Origin: Bispira polyomma
Lineage: Eukaryota
Length of the DNA: 64,000 bases
Direction of reading: 5' to 3'
Assembly (NCBI GenBank): GCA_965649765.1
Contig: OZ287759.1
Span: 36,022,001-36,086,000 of the forward strand
Each line of letters begins with the position of its first letter. Position 1 is the first letter of the stretch. The notes under the pieces were generated by a model that saw only the letters and a program-made list of their open reading frames with translations, was not told the origin of the DNA and ran no database searches. Of the stretch, positions 50,221 to 63,203 are shown piece by piece. The position numbers and the translations under genes were made by a program.

Positions 50221-52508
50221 AACAAGGTGCTCTCGGTCGGGTATGACCCTCAGGGCACCTGTATGCACTAAGTGCAGAGCAGTCGGCAATGTCCTAGGCT
50301 TATTGTCGTTTAAGCTATCTATGAAACATATGGGTTTCTTCAATTGATTTTTTTCTCCACTATTCAACAATATTAAGAATAGCGGTTTCAGAAATTGAGT
50401 TACTATATAGATAAACACCAAGTGGCGCTACATTATGTATACTTAACGGTGTACGAGGGCCTTAAGTCCTGAGTACCCATTAAATTTACATGATGTAAGT
50501 GCTTCTTTTCTTGAGACAAATTATAACACCTAACCCAACTAAAACAACAATTTTGAATGAAAATTAAAATTAAATTAAGAATGCTTTTTTAAATATTTAC
50601 TGTATTAAGTGGTAGAAAAAACGCTACCACTACATTATTTTCTAGTGCTATATCATTTGAAAATAATGTTGTGACAGATCAATGGCAATGCATATCTCTT
50701 GGGTTTTATCATATGACAAAAAAAATCAAGAAAAATTTAAGCATAATGAGAATTTTATTGCAGTGAGAGAGCCAAATCTATTGATACTATAATTGGGTTA
50801 TTTCATCCTTTGTGTCATCTGTTTCGTTGATAAACTCTTGTTTTTCTGGGTGGACTCTCTCAGACTAGCTTTTTTTCTCATTTTCTTCAGTCTTATCTTG
50901 GTTTTGGCTGGCAGGAACCTTTTTATAGTGTAATTATTTTTCTGGCCATGTTATATCTGTCTATGTTTCTTTCAAACTTGTTTTGACAGTCACTTGAGCA
51001 TACATGCTTGTTTTAACAGAATGAAAATACCTATTTGTATAGCTTCTGTATAGGGTTATTCTCTTTTCTGAATAGATAAATTTTCTTTTCCTCTTTCCAT
51101 TCAGGTCATGTTTTATAGTTTGCTGGATATTTTCCTACAAACAATTTACATATTTGGCCTCATTTGCGCATTTAGTGGTGTCAACATGATCCCCTTTTAA
51201 ACATTTAGAACAGGCTTCTTTTCTTTTTCAATAGAATTTGGTAAGACCAAACTTTTGACATTTAAATCACCTGGGAATTGGGGACACAGTATAAAAATTA
51301 ACCGAGTGACGTGTGGTTTCTCTTATCAAGTAATAAAATTTAAAAATATCTAGCCCAGGGGTTGTTTTACTTTTATTTTCTACTGATGAAATGTAATTAT
51401 TATACTTATATAGGTCAAAATATAAGACAAAACCGTCAGAAAAGGCCCCACAATATTGAAAATTTAAGTAAAATTACATAATACATACAAAAGGTACTGA
51501 GTTGTCATCTCAAAAAAGGCACTTTAAATACAAACTTCTACCAGTCTAAAAATCTAGTTTTGTACACAATGACATCACACAATGATTATACTTTATTTTG
51601 GTCAACAGGTTTTATCACTTTGTGGATTAATTTGGGCATTCTCTCGATATAACCCCCTAGGGGAAAATGTGGAGTATCAAAACATAATCATTGTTGACGT
51701 ACACGCTTCTTCGTAAATGTGAATGGAAAATGATGGGTGTTTCTAATAACCCCCGGGGATTATAACAGGATTATATATAGTATTGAAATAGTCCCCGGGG
51801 ACTATAACAGGATTATATATAGTATTGAAATAATCCCCGGGGACTATAACAGGATTATATATAGTGTTGAAATAGTCCCCGGGGACTATAACAGGATTAT
51901 ATTATAAGAACGTTTTTTTTTTTGGTTTTTTTTTTAGGTTTTTTGGGGTGTTTTTTTTAAAGGGGTTTTTTGGGGGGGGGTTTTTTTTAATTTTTTTTTT
52001 TTTACATTTACGAAGAAGCATGTTCATTGTTGTTGTTTTTTTTGTTTTTGTTTTTTTTACGAAGCATTTTCATTGTTGTTGGAGGTTTTTCTTTTTAGGG
52101 GGGGGGGGGGAGGGGGGGTTATTTTTTTTTTTTTAGGTTTTTTTTTTTTTGCCTAAGGACTATTTTTTTTTTTTCGTCCCCGGGGACTATTTAATTTTTT
52201 CTTTTTTTTTTCTTTGTCCCCGGAGACTATTTAATTTTTTTTTTTATTTAAAAAAAAAAATAAAATCCAAAAGCAAATAATCCCCGGGGACTATTTAAAT
52301 TACAGCCCAAAACTAAATAATCCCCCCCCCAGGGACTATTTGGAGAGTATGCCAAATGAAACTGAAACTTTAAAACTTCCTGGAACTACTATAGCTCCGT
52401 GGCATATAAAAAAAATATGCCCCGGTCTGTTTTCTCACCTGTATGCTCCGTATACGTACCCAAGTAGATAATAAACTGTGAAACAGCTTCTCTAAAGTAA
52501 CTTAACCT
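50221..52508. repeat. long direct repeat, copy A (partner 60687-62731)
   Basis: Colinear homology from GGTGCTCTCG..GGGTATGAC to TATACGTACCCAAGT..GTAACTTA, roughly 80-85% identical by eye. Confidence 0.9.
51632..52355. mobile_element. MITE (possibly ISL2EU-like, AT TSD) with a 42-bp palindromic tandem array
   Basis: AT|TTGGGCATTCTCTC..GAGAGTATGCCAA|AT. Four 42-bp units containing TAGTCCCCGGGGACTA at 51745-51905. Absent from repeat copy B. Confidence 0.65.
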
Positions 52509-52519
52509 AAACCCCATTT

Positions 52520-52940
52520 AATTTATTTTTTGAAAAATTGGTACATTTTTTGACTGAGTTCCTTTCTGTTTATCTTGTCTGGTTTCTCATCACATATATT
52601 TAAATTGGGAGTTTGTTGAAATCATTGAAAATCCTGAACGGTGTTACGATTGACCAGATAAATTTGAAAAATTTTGATAATAATAATGTCTTAATAATTT
52701 TTCCAGTTTGTTTTAGCTATGTGAATCTCCTTGACTGAAGTGTGTGTTTGGCTCTGGTCAATGTTTTTTTTTACTGGAACCAAAAGAACACCTTATGTAG
52801 CAAGGTCCATGAGACAGAATCAAATGCTTTCTCAAAATTAATCGGCATTAAGAACCCTGGAATTTTGTTTTCTTCTGTATAGTTCATGAAATCGGTGTAG
52901 TAATTTCTCCTGTACATTTATGACTTATGAAGCAATCTAG
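52520..52940 (-). mobile_element. L1/Tx1 RT fragment
   Basis: YTEENKIPGFLMPINFEKAFDSVSW on the minus strand. Confidence 0.7.
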
Positions 52941-53150
52941 GTTGAGAACAACTAGAATATTATACACCACAGCACTGACTGTGTACAAGTTTATGTCATA
53001 TTGATAGTGCACACATAAACACACACCATTCAGTAGTATATTATAAAGGCCATCTATACAGACCAGTCCTAAACTAAGTGACTGAAGGTATTAAAACAAC
53101 AGGATAGTTTTTATGTTTTAAAACTACGAAATACTATGTCAACCTCAACT

Positions 53151-56100
53151 CCCCCCCCCCCCCCCCCAGTTTTATTCACCCTTTCTTAACAAAAATCATT
53201 TTAAACCATGGAGAGGCGAGGGTGAACAACCCCCCATCAGGGCCTTACATAGCTAATCATACACAGTATGAGGTAAAAGTGAAAAAAATAACAACTACCA
53301 GTAGCTGCACCATTGAACAAAATGAAGTTTATACAATGTACATTCAAACACCACCAGAACAAACCAAAATTTCTAATTACTACATGTGTAGTCAATGTTC
53401 CAAAATACAGTCCATTCCAATTTCTGGTCTAAACGTGTTTAATGTTACAATTAAGGTATATTACATAAGAATTCCGAAACAAACTTTGGATCTTTGAAAT
53501 ATAAATGTTGCTATTTTTAATACAAATTTTGGTGAGAGGTAGGTGCTCTCCAATTATTAACAAAATGCAATTCCCTGTAGCTGGTTATACAATTATAGAA
53601 GTTAAACACTAGTATTATTATTTGACGGATGACATAAAACTGTTTTTATGCATGTACATACACACAAAAAAAAAAAAAAATTAATCACACACAAAAAAAA
53701 AGAAGAAAATTTGGCGATGCTGAGAGGTACTATGAAAAATTATTCTGAGGTACATTTTATGTGGACTACTTAAGTGATATAAGAATGTTTTTTGGTGTGT
53801 TTATCTTTTGTTTGTTTTTTTTTTTTGGGGGGGGGGGGGAGGTTAATCTTTAATTAATTGTAATATTGGACCTAATTTTTTATCATAAAATCTTCCGGTT
53901 CATTACATTGAATTGTGATGTTCTGTTCTATTTTATAAGCTCCCTTAATTTTACCTAAAGCCCCAGCCACACTTAGATTTATTTACAGCATTTAATTACA
54001 TAGATTTTTAATATTTGATTAAATTAATCAATTGATTCACAAAATTTTCATTATTCAGTAAAGGAACACCAAGCAGGATTGACTTGATGTTTAAAATGTG
54101 CTGTAGATTGATGTGTGGGTTAAAAATCTTGACCATATCCTTCCAGGACTGGTTGACAATTTGACATTCCCAGAATAGGTGTTCTAAAGTTTCAGTTTTC
54201 AACATTACAAAAGTAGCATTTTACAAATATTTAAAAATTCATTTGTTGTTAAAATTCGCTGTAAAATTTTGTATTGTATTTGTATCCTCATCCTGCTTTC
54301 AATTGTAGATTGAAAATTGAGAACAAAATATTTTGTCATTTCTTCTTTGATAATTTGAATATGGAGATATTCAGACCACTTATTGATGTGATTTCTCCTT
54401 ACTTCTAATGCCTCAATCAGTTTCCAGTATGTTTCTTTGCACACTTTGGGCATTAACAGTAATTGTTCTAGAACTGGTTGACCAACTTGACCTTTTATTT
54501 TGTATTGATGTTCATATAAAATGGCCTTCCATGGTCTTGGAATTAAATGCATGAGTAAATAAAAATCGACAAAATTCACATGTATCCCAAATGTATTTAC
54601 AAAAACCTCATAACCCATGATATCTTCTGACCTTTCCAACAGATCATTAATGAAATTTATGCCCTTATACTGGAGTTCTTCTTTTCTGTGCAGAATATTA
54701 CTATTATTTAAAAAATAGGAATTCCAAATTGGATACGTTCTTATATCAATTTCATCAATAAAATATTCTTTATATGTAATCCAGGAGTTTAAAACATCTC
54801 TCCAAAAGGCGTTATGAACTTTATCTCTAAATTTTCTTAAAGAATAAATATCTAATAACCAAATGTCCTTCTTTTTTAGATGTTACAGTTTGTGTAAATA
54901 TGTAATGCCAGTCACCATTGTTTTTCATCAAGGTTGAAATCCATGATATTTTTAGGGCTGAATTCACTTTCTATATCCATTCAAAGTATTTCCTATTACC
55001 AGAATTTTTGAGTTGTAATTATTATGTATCATGAAGCCGAGGTCACTACTGAAATCAATGCCAAGTAGTGTAAAGCTATTTGCCCATTTAAGTTCTAAAT
55101 CACTGCAGAGTCTCTGTGTCGAGGATTTATTAGTACCTAACCACACTACTATAGTTTTGTCATTTAATTTTAGGCCTGAGCACAAGTATAATTCACTGAA
55201 AATTAGAAGACTTTTTCTCAGAAAGTTTTCTGACCCATCTTGCAACAAAAAAGTATCATCTGCATATTGCCCTGCTTAAAAATTTTGTCCCCCAATTTTA
55301 TACCTTTTACCTCCTTATTCAATTTAATCTCTAAGGCTAGGGGCTCTATGGCCAATATAAAGATGTAGGGACTAAGAGGGTCACCCTGTCTACAACATCT
55401 TGCTAGTTTAAAAAATTCTGAGAAGTGGCCATTGTTAATGACACCTGCATGAATTGAAGTAGAGAGTATTAAACCATCTTATGAAATTTTCTCCAAAATT
55501 GTATACTCTGAGAACTTTATGTATATAGTTCCACTCTAAGGAGTCGAAAGCGTTTTCAAAATCTAGTAACAAAATAAGACCTTTTCTATGTGACAAATCA
55601 AGTTCAGTCATGACATCGTAAACCAATCTCACATTTAGCACTACTTGTCTCACTACTGGAAATTTTGGAACTGTAGATTTTTTTATAATAATGCTTCTGT
55701 TCTGAGAGTATTTCAGAAGGTTTCACAATGATTTTTCCATCAATGTTTAATTTATTTATGACTTTACTAATATAGTTTCTTTTCTCTAGATTACAAAAGA
55801 CGTTTGTTGCTTTTTCCCCTTCTTCGTAGTATTGAGTTTTGGATCTTAAAATTGATGCCTTTAATTTGGGCTTCCGAATTACTCTTAAATCTGACTTAGC
55901 TGCCTCCCCTTTATTTGTATGACAAGCCTCTATAAGTTTGTTTTCCAATTCTGTAATTTTCTGTTCAGTTTTTAATTCTCTGTCTTTAGTACACTTAGAT
56001 TTTGCTGAACTATAGGCAATGGTTTGACCCCTAATATTTAGTTTCAACATTTCAAAAAATAGTTGATCGTTCACTGAAAATTTTCCAACCATGTCATTAC

Positions 56101-58342
56101 CATTTTGGTTCTTCCTGTATTGCTCTTTTGTATTAAGAATTTCTTGTTTGACAGCATGAATATATTCTTTATCATATAGAAGGGAAGTATTGAATTTCCA
56201 GAACATCTTACCACGATCTGTCTCACACAATTCTAGTTATAAAAACAGAGCAGAGTGATACTAATACTAATACTAAAAGTTCTTCTATAGCGCAAAATCT
56301 ACACAAAGTAATCAATGCGCTTAACAGCATAAATTATAAATTAATGCTCAAAAGCACAACTGAAAAAGTGAGTTTTTAGTTTCTTTTTAAAAACACTGAC
56401 TGCTGTACAGGTTTTCAGATGTTTTGGTAGAGTGTTCCATAGCTTAGGTCCACAAACAGAAAATGCCCGATCTCCAAAGGTTTTTAACTTTGCCTTAGGA
56501 ACTGTTAGCAAGTGTTCACTTGATGACCGCAGTAGTCGTGTGCTTTTGTGTGGAAGCAGCAGATCTTGGATATAGGGAGGTTCCAATCCTCTGATTGATT
56601 TAAACACCAAGAGAACAATTTTGTATTGAATCTGGTATTTGACAGGTAACCAATGCAGTGTTCTCAAGCATTCAAGTGAACTTCTGTGCTCCATATTTGA
56701 ATCTAACACAAGTCTAGCTGCACAATTTTGAACTCTTTGCAGTTTATCCAATAGTGTTTTTGATATGCCAAAGAGAATACTATTACAGTAGTCTAATTTT
56801 GACATGACGAGGGCTTGAACCACTGTTTTGGCTGCATCCATTGAGAGATTTGATCTAATGTATCTAATGTTCCTCAGCTGAAAGTAACAGGATCGGCAAA
56901 GTTGACTGACTTGCTTTTTCATATTGAGGTCTTGGTCAATAAACACTCCTAGATTCCTGACATATTTACTTGAACTGATGAAAGACTCGCTCACTTTTAT
57001 GGAGTTGATTGACATTTTACTTCGGTGGATGGAATTGTCGAGTAGTATAAATTCAGTTTTATCCTGGTTTAATTTCAACTTGTTGTTGCTCATCCACTTG
57101 CTAATAGCATCAATACAGTTTTCAAGATTACATACTATATCGGCTTGATTGTCTATTTTGGGACTGAGGGATGTATAGAGTTGTGAGTCATCAGCATAAA
57201 GGTGATATTGAATGAGATGATGTCCTATAATCCCAGCCACTGGCTTGGTATACTTGCAGTAGAGGTCAGGTCCCATGACTGACCCTTGAGGTACACTATA
57301 CTTCAAAGTATGTGGTTCAGATTTAGCACCATCTATCACTACACTTTGACTTCTCTTATCCAGGTATGAGTGAAACCACCGGTGAGCTGTGCCTTGTATA
57401 CCATACATGTCATTCAATCTATCAATCTGATCAGTTCTATACTCATGTGATATAGCAGTTTTTTTCAGTTTGGAGTAAAGGTCAGGGGTTATCAAGAAAT
57501 AGTCTAATTTGGCCATTTGCCTGGGTACTTTACTGCTGAACTAAGTATATTTTTCAGTCTTTTCATTATTTATTCTCCATACATCCTCCAGGTCTAAAGC
57601 CGCTTGCATTTCCTGGACCTTTACTTTTGCTTTAGTATTATTTTCCCTAAGATATGAATGGGTATCTAACTAAAAATTCTGTACTAGATTCCAGTCCCCA
57701 CACATGATTAGTGGGGGTTTCCTTTATCTACTAAAGTTTTTTTAATATTCTCATAGAACCCAGGATCATCCCTATTTGGACCATATAAGACTAGTATGAC
57801 AATAGTATATTCTTGAGATATACAGAGCTTGACCATTAGTAAATTACCAACATCGTCCTTTTCCACTTCCAGAATTTTATATTCAAGATTATCGCCAAAT
57901 AAGATAGATATGCCCCTGTTTTCAGAGGAGACTCAGCTGATGATGCACTCATTACCCCAGTCTTGTGCAAAGATTTTGTGTACTTATATGTATATTTATT
58001 AGACAGTAAATTGACATTTTCTTTTTCTTTAACCAGTCAAAGACATCAGTTCTTTTTTTCCTATCTGCCAGCCCTCTGACATTCCTACTTAAAATTTTCC
58101 GAGAATCTCCCATATTGCTAAAACTGAACATGTGTTAGTAGTATGTTTCCCAACCCATAGCTATTTAACCTGATATAGCCCCACATATAAAAGATCTTGC
58201 TTCTACAAAAAGAGGTACCCCAGCACAGTATAGTTTCCAACACCAAACAGCATCACCAATTTACAAGTTTTAATTAACATGAACCCCACATTCAGAATAA
58301 CATTCGTTAAATGAAAACACCTAATAACAGGGAGAGCCCCTA
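53151..58342 (-). mobile_element. Tx1/L1-clade LINE, 5'-truncated (no ORF1), ORF2 broken, with 16-bp TSD
   Basis: ORF2 starts at ATG 58113 with NVRGL, then YGPN.DD, CGDWN, LDYFL, WKFNTSLL, DFENAFDSLEW, RQGDPLSPY, QYADDT and ETLEHLFWEC. TSD TATGTCAACCTCAACT at 53135-53150 and 58343-58358. Confidence 0.93.
56260..57427 (-). mobile_element. young 5'-truncated L2/CR1-group LINE nested in the Tx1 ORF2
   Basis: Uninterrupted RT C-terminal ORF (VPQGSVMGP, YADDSQLY, KLNQDKTE, LHWLP, GDRAFS, KLKTHFF). 3' GCGC stem and (TAGTAT)3 tail. TGAT is duplicated at 56256-56259 and 57428-57431. Confidence 0.93.
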
Positions 58343-58559
58343 TATGTCAACCTCAACTTAGAAATAAACTTTCCACTAAAGAAGTACCAGTACTTAAACC
58401 ACTTGGTGTTTTAAACTCAAGTCAATGTTGATATTGACAATAAAATCTCCATTATCGCTCCTACTTTTATCTCTGTCAAGGCCACTATTGACTGGATCTG
58501 TGGTTCTTGCACCCTCATAATGATGAAGTTCTGACCCCAATGAAGTTATGAGTATTTAA

Positions 58560-60560
58560 AAATTTGACTTTAAAGATTTGTGTAATCCAAAAAATGATAA
58601 CTAGAATGATGATTTTTTAAATCAGGTAAAAATAAAAATTTCTAATTTGGAAAATCATTATGATATGAACAATGACCTAAATAAACCTATTTTGTTATGT
58701 GAAGTACAACAGGCAATTCTAAAGGGCAAGACTAAATAAGCACCCGGCATTGATAAAATTTCAAATGAGGTAATTCAACACCCTAAGTTGTGCTATTTAT
58801 TATTTCAATTATTTGCGTTCTGTTTTGAAAATCGTATCATACCTAGTTTAGGGTGGAAATCCATTGTGAAACCAATTCCAAAGAGCTCTGATAAGAATCC
58901 ATATGTACCTCTAAATTATAGTGGCATTAGCTTGCCTTCTTGCATTGGAAAAATATATTTAAGCATACTAAACAACAGACTGACAGCCTATTTAGATGTG
59001 AATGATGTATTGGTGGATAAACAAAATGGCTTTAGAAAGTCTCGATCCTGTGAAGATCACATTTTTACTTTATCATCTGTCATTAAAAATAAAAAATCAG
59101 AAAATAAAACGTATGTGCCACTTTTATATATATATGTCAAAAGCTTTTGACTGTTTTAATCGATCATTGCTCTTTTATAAACATTCAAAACACAATATCA
59201 ATGGTAATCTGTATTTTGCTATTTTAGCCATGATCATGTGTTTAAATCAATAATCTCAGAACTAATTGGTTTGTAACTTAACAAAGGGTGAGGCAAGGTG
59301 ACAATTTGTCTCCTACAATTTGTGATGTTTATATTATTGATTTTATTGTAGAACTAAAAAAAATAAAGTTGGGTGTCACAATTGGAAATTTACATTTATG
59401 TATTTGGGTTTATGCAGAATACATTGTTCTAATTAGCGAAAATTAAACAAATCTTCAATGTATGTTTGATTATATAAATGATTGGTGTTATAAATGGCAG
59501 ATGAGAAAATAAAAATTGTACATTTTAAAAACAAACGAAAGGCAAAAACAAAGTTTGACTTTAAAATAGGCTGTAATAATCTTGAAATTGTTGACTCCTA
59601 TAGATATTTGGGTATTATTTTTGACTAGTTCCTAACCTTTAAAAAAGTGTGCTAAGACACTGTGTGATGCAAGGGTTAGAGCTTTATGTGCAATCATATC
59701 TAAATTAAAATAATTCAGAAATATTGGTTATAACACTTTCACTAAATTGTATTTTGCTGTTGTTAATACCATTTTGGATTATGGGGTATCCATATTATAT
59801 GGGGTTGTTGTAATAACAAATTTGACAACGGATTGAAAACAGAGCCATCAAATATTTTCTGGGTATCCACAAAAATGCACCCAATTTGGCTGTTCAGGCT
59901 GATAAGGGCTGGCTAAATGTTAAATATTACCACCACATATGTGCTGTTTGGTATTGGAACATTGTTTAACTAGACATTTTTTCCAGTTCGAGTTGACAAG
60001 ATAAATTTAAGTAATCAGAATTTTTGTGGTAAACTATATAATATACCGGAAACAAATAATAGAAGTAAATACATTAATAGCGACCTTTTTTAAACAATTT
60101 TTTTCCTGTCATTTAATTGGTACACCTAGGCTTACTGGCTTCTACACTAGCTACGCCTCTGTAGTGGTTCTCTGTTAAATCTAGATGAAATATATAACGA
60201 TTTTCTTGATTTGATGCATCTTGAACGGTCTAATAATGTTGGCTTTAGGCCAAAGCTACGCAATTACACTCAATTTAAACAAGATATCAATGTAGAGAAA
60301 TATGTAAAATAATCTATAACAAGGTCTCAAAGATCAATTTTGGCACAACTTAGAATGGGAATATTACCTTTACATATTAAAACTTGTCGTTATTATAGAA
60401 CACCATTGAATGACAGAATATGCCTTTATTGCTTGGACCAATCTTAGAAGACGAATGTCAATTTCTCGTTATGAAATCTGATATAAAATATCTTGCCAAA
60501 TATATTGAAACAATATTAATTCAAAGAAAGAAACTGAGACATAATATAGTCTAAATCCTG
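58560..60560 (+). mobile_element. degenerate RTE-X-like LINE ORF2
   Basis: APGIDKI, KPIPK..PLNY.GISL, QNGFRK.RSC.DHIF, KAFD, GVRQGD.LSP, YRYLG, and C-terminal AQLRMGILPL..C..C..EDE. Confidence 0.85.
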
Positions 60561-60686
60561 AATTTTGTCAACACAGGTATTTTTCTGTTTTGCTTATTTA
60601 TTTCTCTTTCAATTTTTTTGGCTGATCCAATTACACTACCAATTGCACCAATCATGTTTAACACCTTTTAAAGTGATTTATAAGCA

Positions 60687-62731
60687 CAACAGAGGTGCTC
60701 TCGTTCGGGTATGACGTCATGCCACCTGTATGCACTTAGTGCAGAGCAGTCGGCAATGTCCTAGGCTTATAGTCGTTTAAGCTATCTATAGCACATGTGG
60801 GTTTCTTTAATTGGTTTTATCTCCACTATTAAACGATATTAAAAATAGCGGTTTTGAAAATTGAGTTACTATATAAACACCAAGTGGCACTACATTATGT
60901 AAACTTAACGGTGTACGAGGTCCTTTAGGTCCGAGTATCCATTAAGTTTACATGATTTAAGTGCCACAAGGTGTTTATTTATAGTATAACTCAACTAAAA
61001 CAACATTTTTGAATGAAAATTGAAATTATGCTTCTTTAAATATTTACTTTATTAAATGGTAGAAAAACACTACCACTACATTATTTTCTAATGCTACATT
61101 TTTAGAAAATAATGTTGTGACAGATCAATGGCAATGCATACTGCTTGGGTTTTATCATATGACAAAAAAAAATCAAGGAAAATTGAAGCATAATGAGAAT
61201 TTTATTGCAGTGAGAGAGTCAAATCTATCGTATACTTTAATTATGTTATTTCATCCTCTGTGTTGTCTGTTTGATTGATAAACTTGTTTTTCTGGGTGAA
61301 CTTTTTCAGACTAGCTTTTCTTCAGTCTAATCTTTTTGGTCTTGGTTGGCAGGAACCTTTTTATAGTGTTATTTTTTCTGGCCATAATATATCTGTCTAT
61401 GTTTCTTTCAAACTTGTTTTGACAGTGACTTTAGCATACATGCTTATTTTAATAGAATCTATTTGTATAGCTTTAATATGATTTTGCACTTCCTTTATAA
61501 ATAGATATTTTTTCCTCTTTCCATTCAGGTCATGTTTTATAGTTTTCTGGATGTTTTATTACAATTTACATATTTGGCCTCATTTGCGCATTCAGTGGTG
61601 TCAAGATGATCATCTTTTACACGTTTAGAACATGCTTCTTTTCTTCTACAATAGAATTTTGTAAACCCAAACATTTGACGTTTAAATCACCAAGGGCCAT
61701 ATTCACAAAGAAGTCTTAAGTCTAAGACAAAAAACTGACTCAAAGTTGCTATTCACAGAAAAAGTTTTAGCTGAGACTAAACTGAAACCAAATCTCAAGT
61801 CTGTAAAATGTAAACAAACACATAGTTGAATATTTAAATAAAATGATAAGTGTTTGTGTACTAAAATTTTAAACAAAATTTGTATTATACATTTTAGCAA
61901 AAAAATTTAACCATGTAATATATTATTTTATTAATTTTAATATCCCATGACCTACTTGAATGGTTGCTATGAAGCCAAAAAGTGTTGTAAAAGTGTCTCA
62001 AAGTAAGGTACTTTTGAGGTAAATGTTTTAGTTGTTATTTATCATATAAATTAATGATATGTGCAGTAACAAATAAATGTAATATTTCTGGTTCCTGTTA
62101 AACAATAATAAGTATAGCCCCCTATTTATACAGATTACTGCTCAAGACTTTTTGTTAAATACTTGAGACGCCTCCTAACTAGGCTTAATTTTGTGACCAA
62201 ATTTGAGACAAAAAAAAAAATATTCAGCACAAGGGTTGTTTTACTTATATTTCTACTGATGAAATGTAATTATTATACATATATAGGTCAAAATATAATG
62301 CAAAAGGCCACACAATATTGAAAATTCACGTAAAATTACATAATACATACAAAAGGCCACACAATATTGAAAATTCACGTAAAATTACATAATACATACA
62401 AAAGGTACTTTGTTGTAGTAGCTTCAAATACAAACTAGTTTTGTACACAATAACATCACATAATACTTATACTTAATTTTGGTCAACAGGTTTTATCACT
62501 TCATGGATAAAATTTGTTTACCATGACAATATTAAAATGACCTAAATCTTTATATAGTCTTTGCTTACATTTGAAAACCTTCCATTATGACGTCACATGA
62601 CGTCATATACATATTCATAGTCCCTGATGCATATAAAAAATATTCCCCGCTCTGTATTCTCCTCTGTATGCTCGGTATACGTACCCAAGTGGATAATAAA
62701 CTGCGAAACAACTTCTTAAGTGTAACTTACC
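60687..62731. repeat. long direct repeat, copy B (partner 50221-52508)
   Basis: Colinear homology with copy A. Interrupted by a MITE at about 61692-62225 and a 49-bp tandem duplication at 62301-62405. Confidence 0.9.
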
Positions 62732-62926
62732 CTGACAAACTTTGGCCAAACCTGATATTGGTAGGTCAATATAAAAATGTCTTTTTATTGCGATAAATAC
62801 ACCTTACCTTATCTTCACTAATGCTTTTAATTTAGTCCACCTAAATGTTCGACCACAAAAATCACTTAAGTCTTTTTTAAAAGACTATTCTTGTGATTTG
62901 ACTTAAATTATTCTCACCAACCTCAC

Positions 62927-62944
62927 TGCGCATGCGCCGGAAGT
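62927..62944. promoter_or_regulatory. fused NRF1 and ETS motif, candidate promoter core
   Basis: TGCGCATGCGC overlaps CCGGAAGT in an otherwise AT-rich context. Confidence 0.4.
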
Positions 62945-63203
62945 CCCGTCTACTTATCATCCTCGAGATACCCCTCACAATTAATTTGGTTGCTGTTGTG
63001 TCAACACTTAGTTCGATCTAATACGGGAAGGAGTGTTTGAAGAAGACTGTCCAGTGTCTTTATTTCATTGGGCAGCATGTATTATAACTGAGGAACTTTG
63101 GTTTCTGTGTCATATTTAACTAATGCAGAGTTTTACAGACTTCCATTTTGTCAGCGATCTTTGCGTCCATTGCCTGTTTTGACGAGTTTTGGAACAGCAC
63201 AAG

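Noticed and set aside
51911-52150. Hydrophobic Phe/Gly-rich ORF
   Set aside because: It is a translation of a T/G low-complexity tract.
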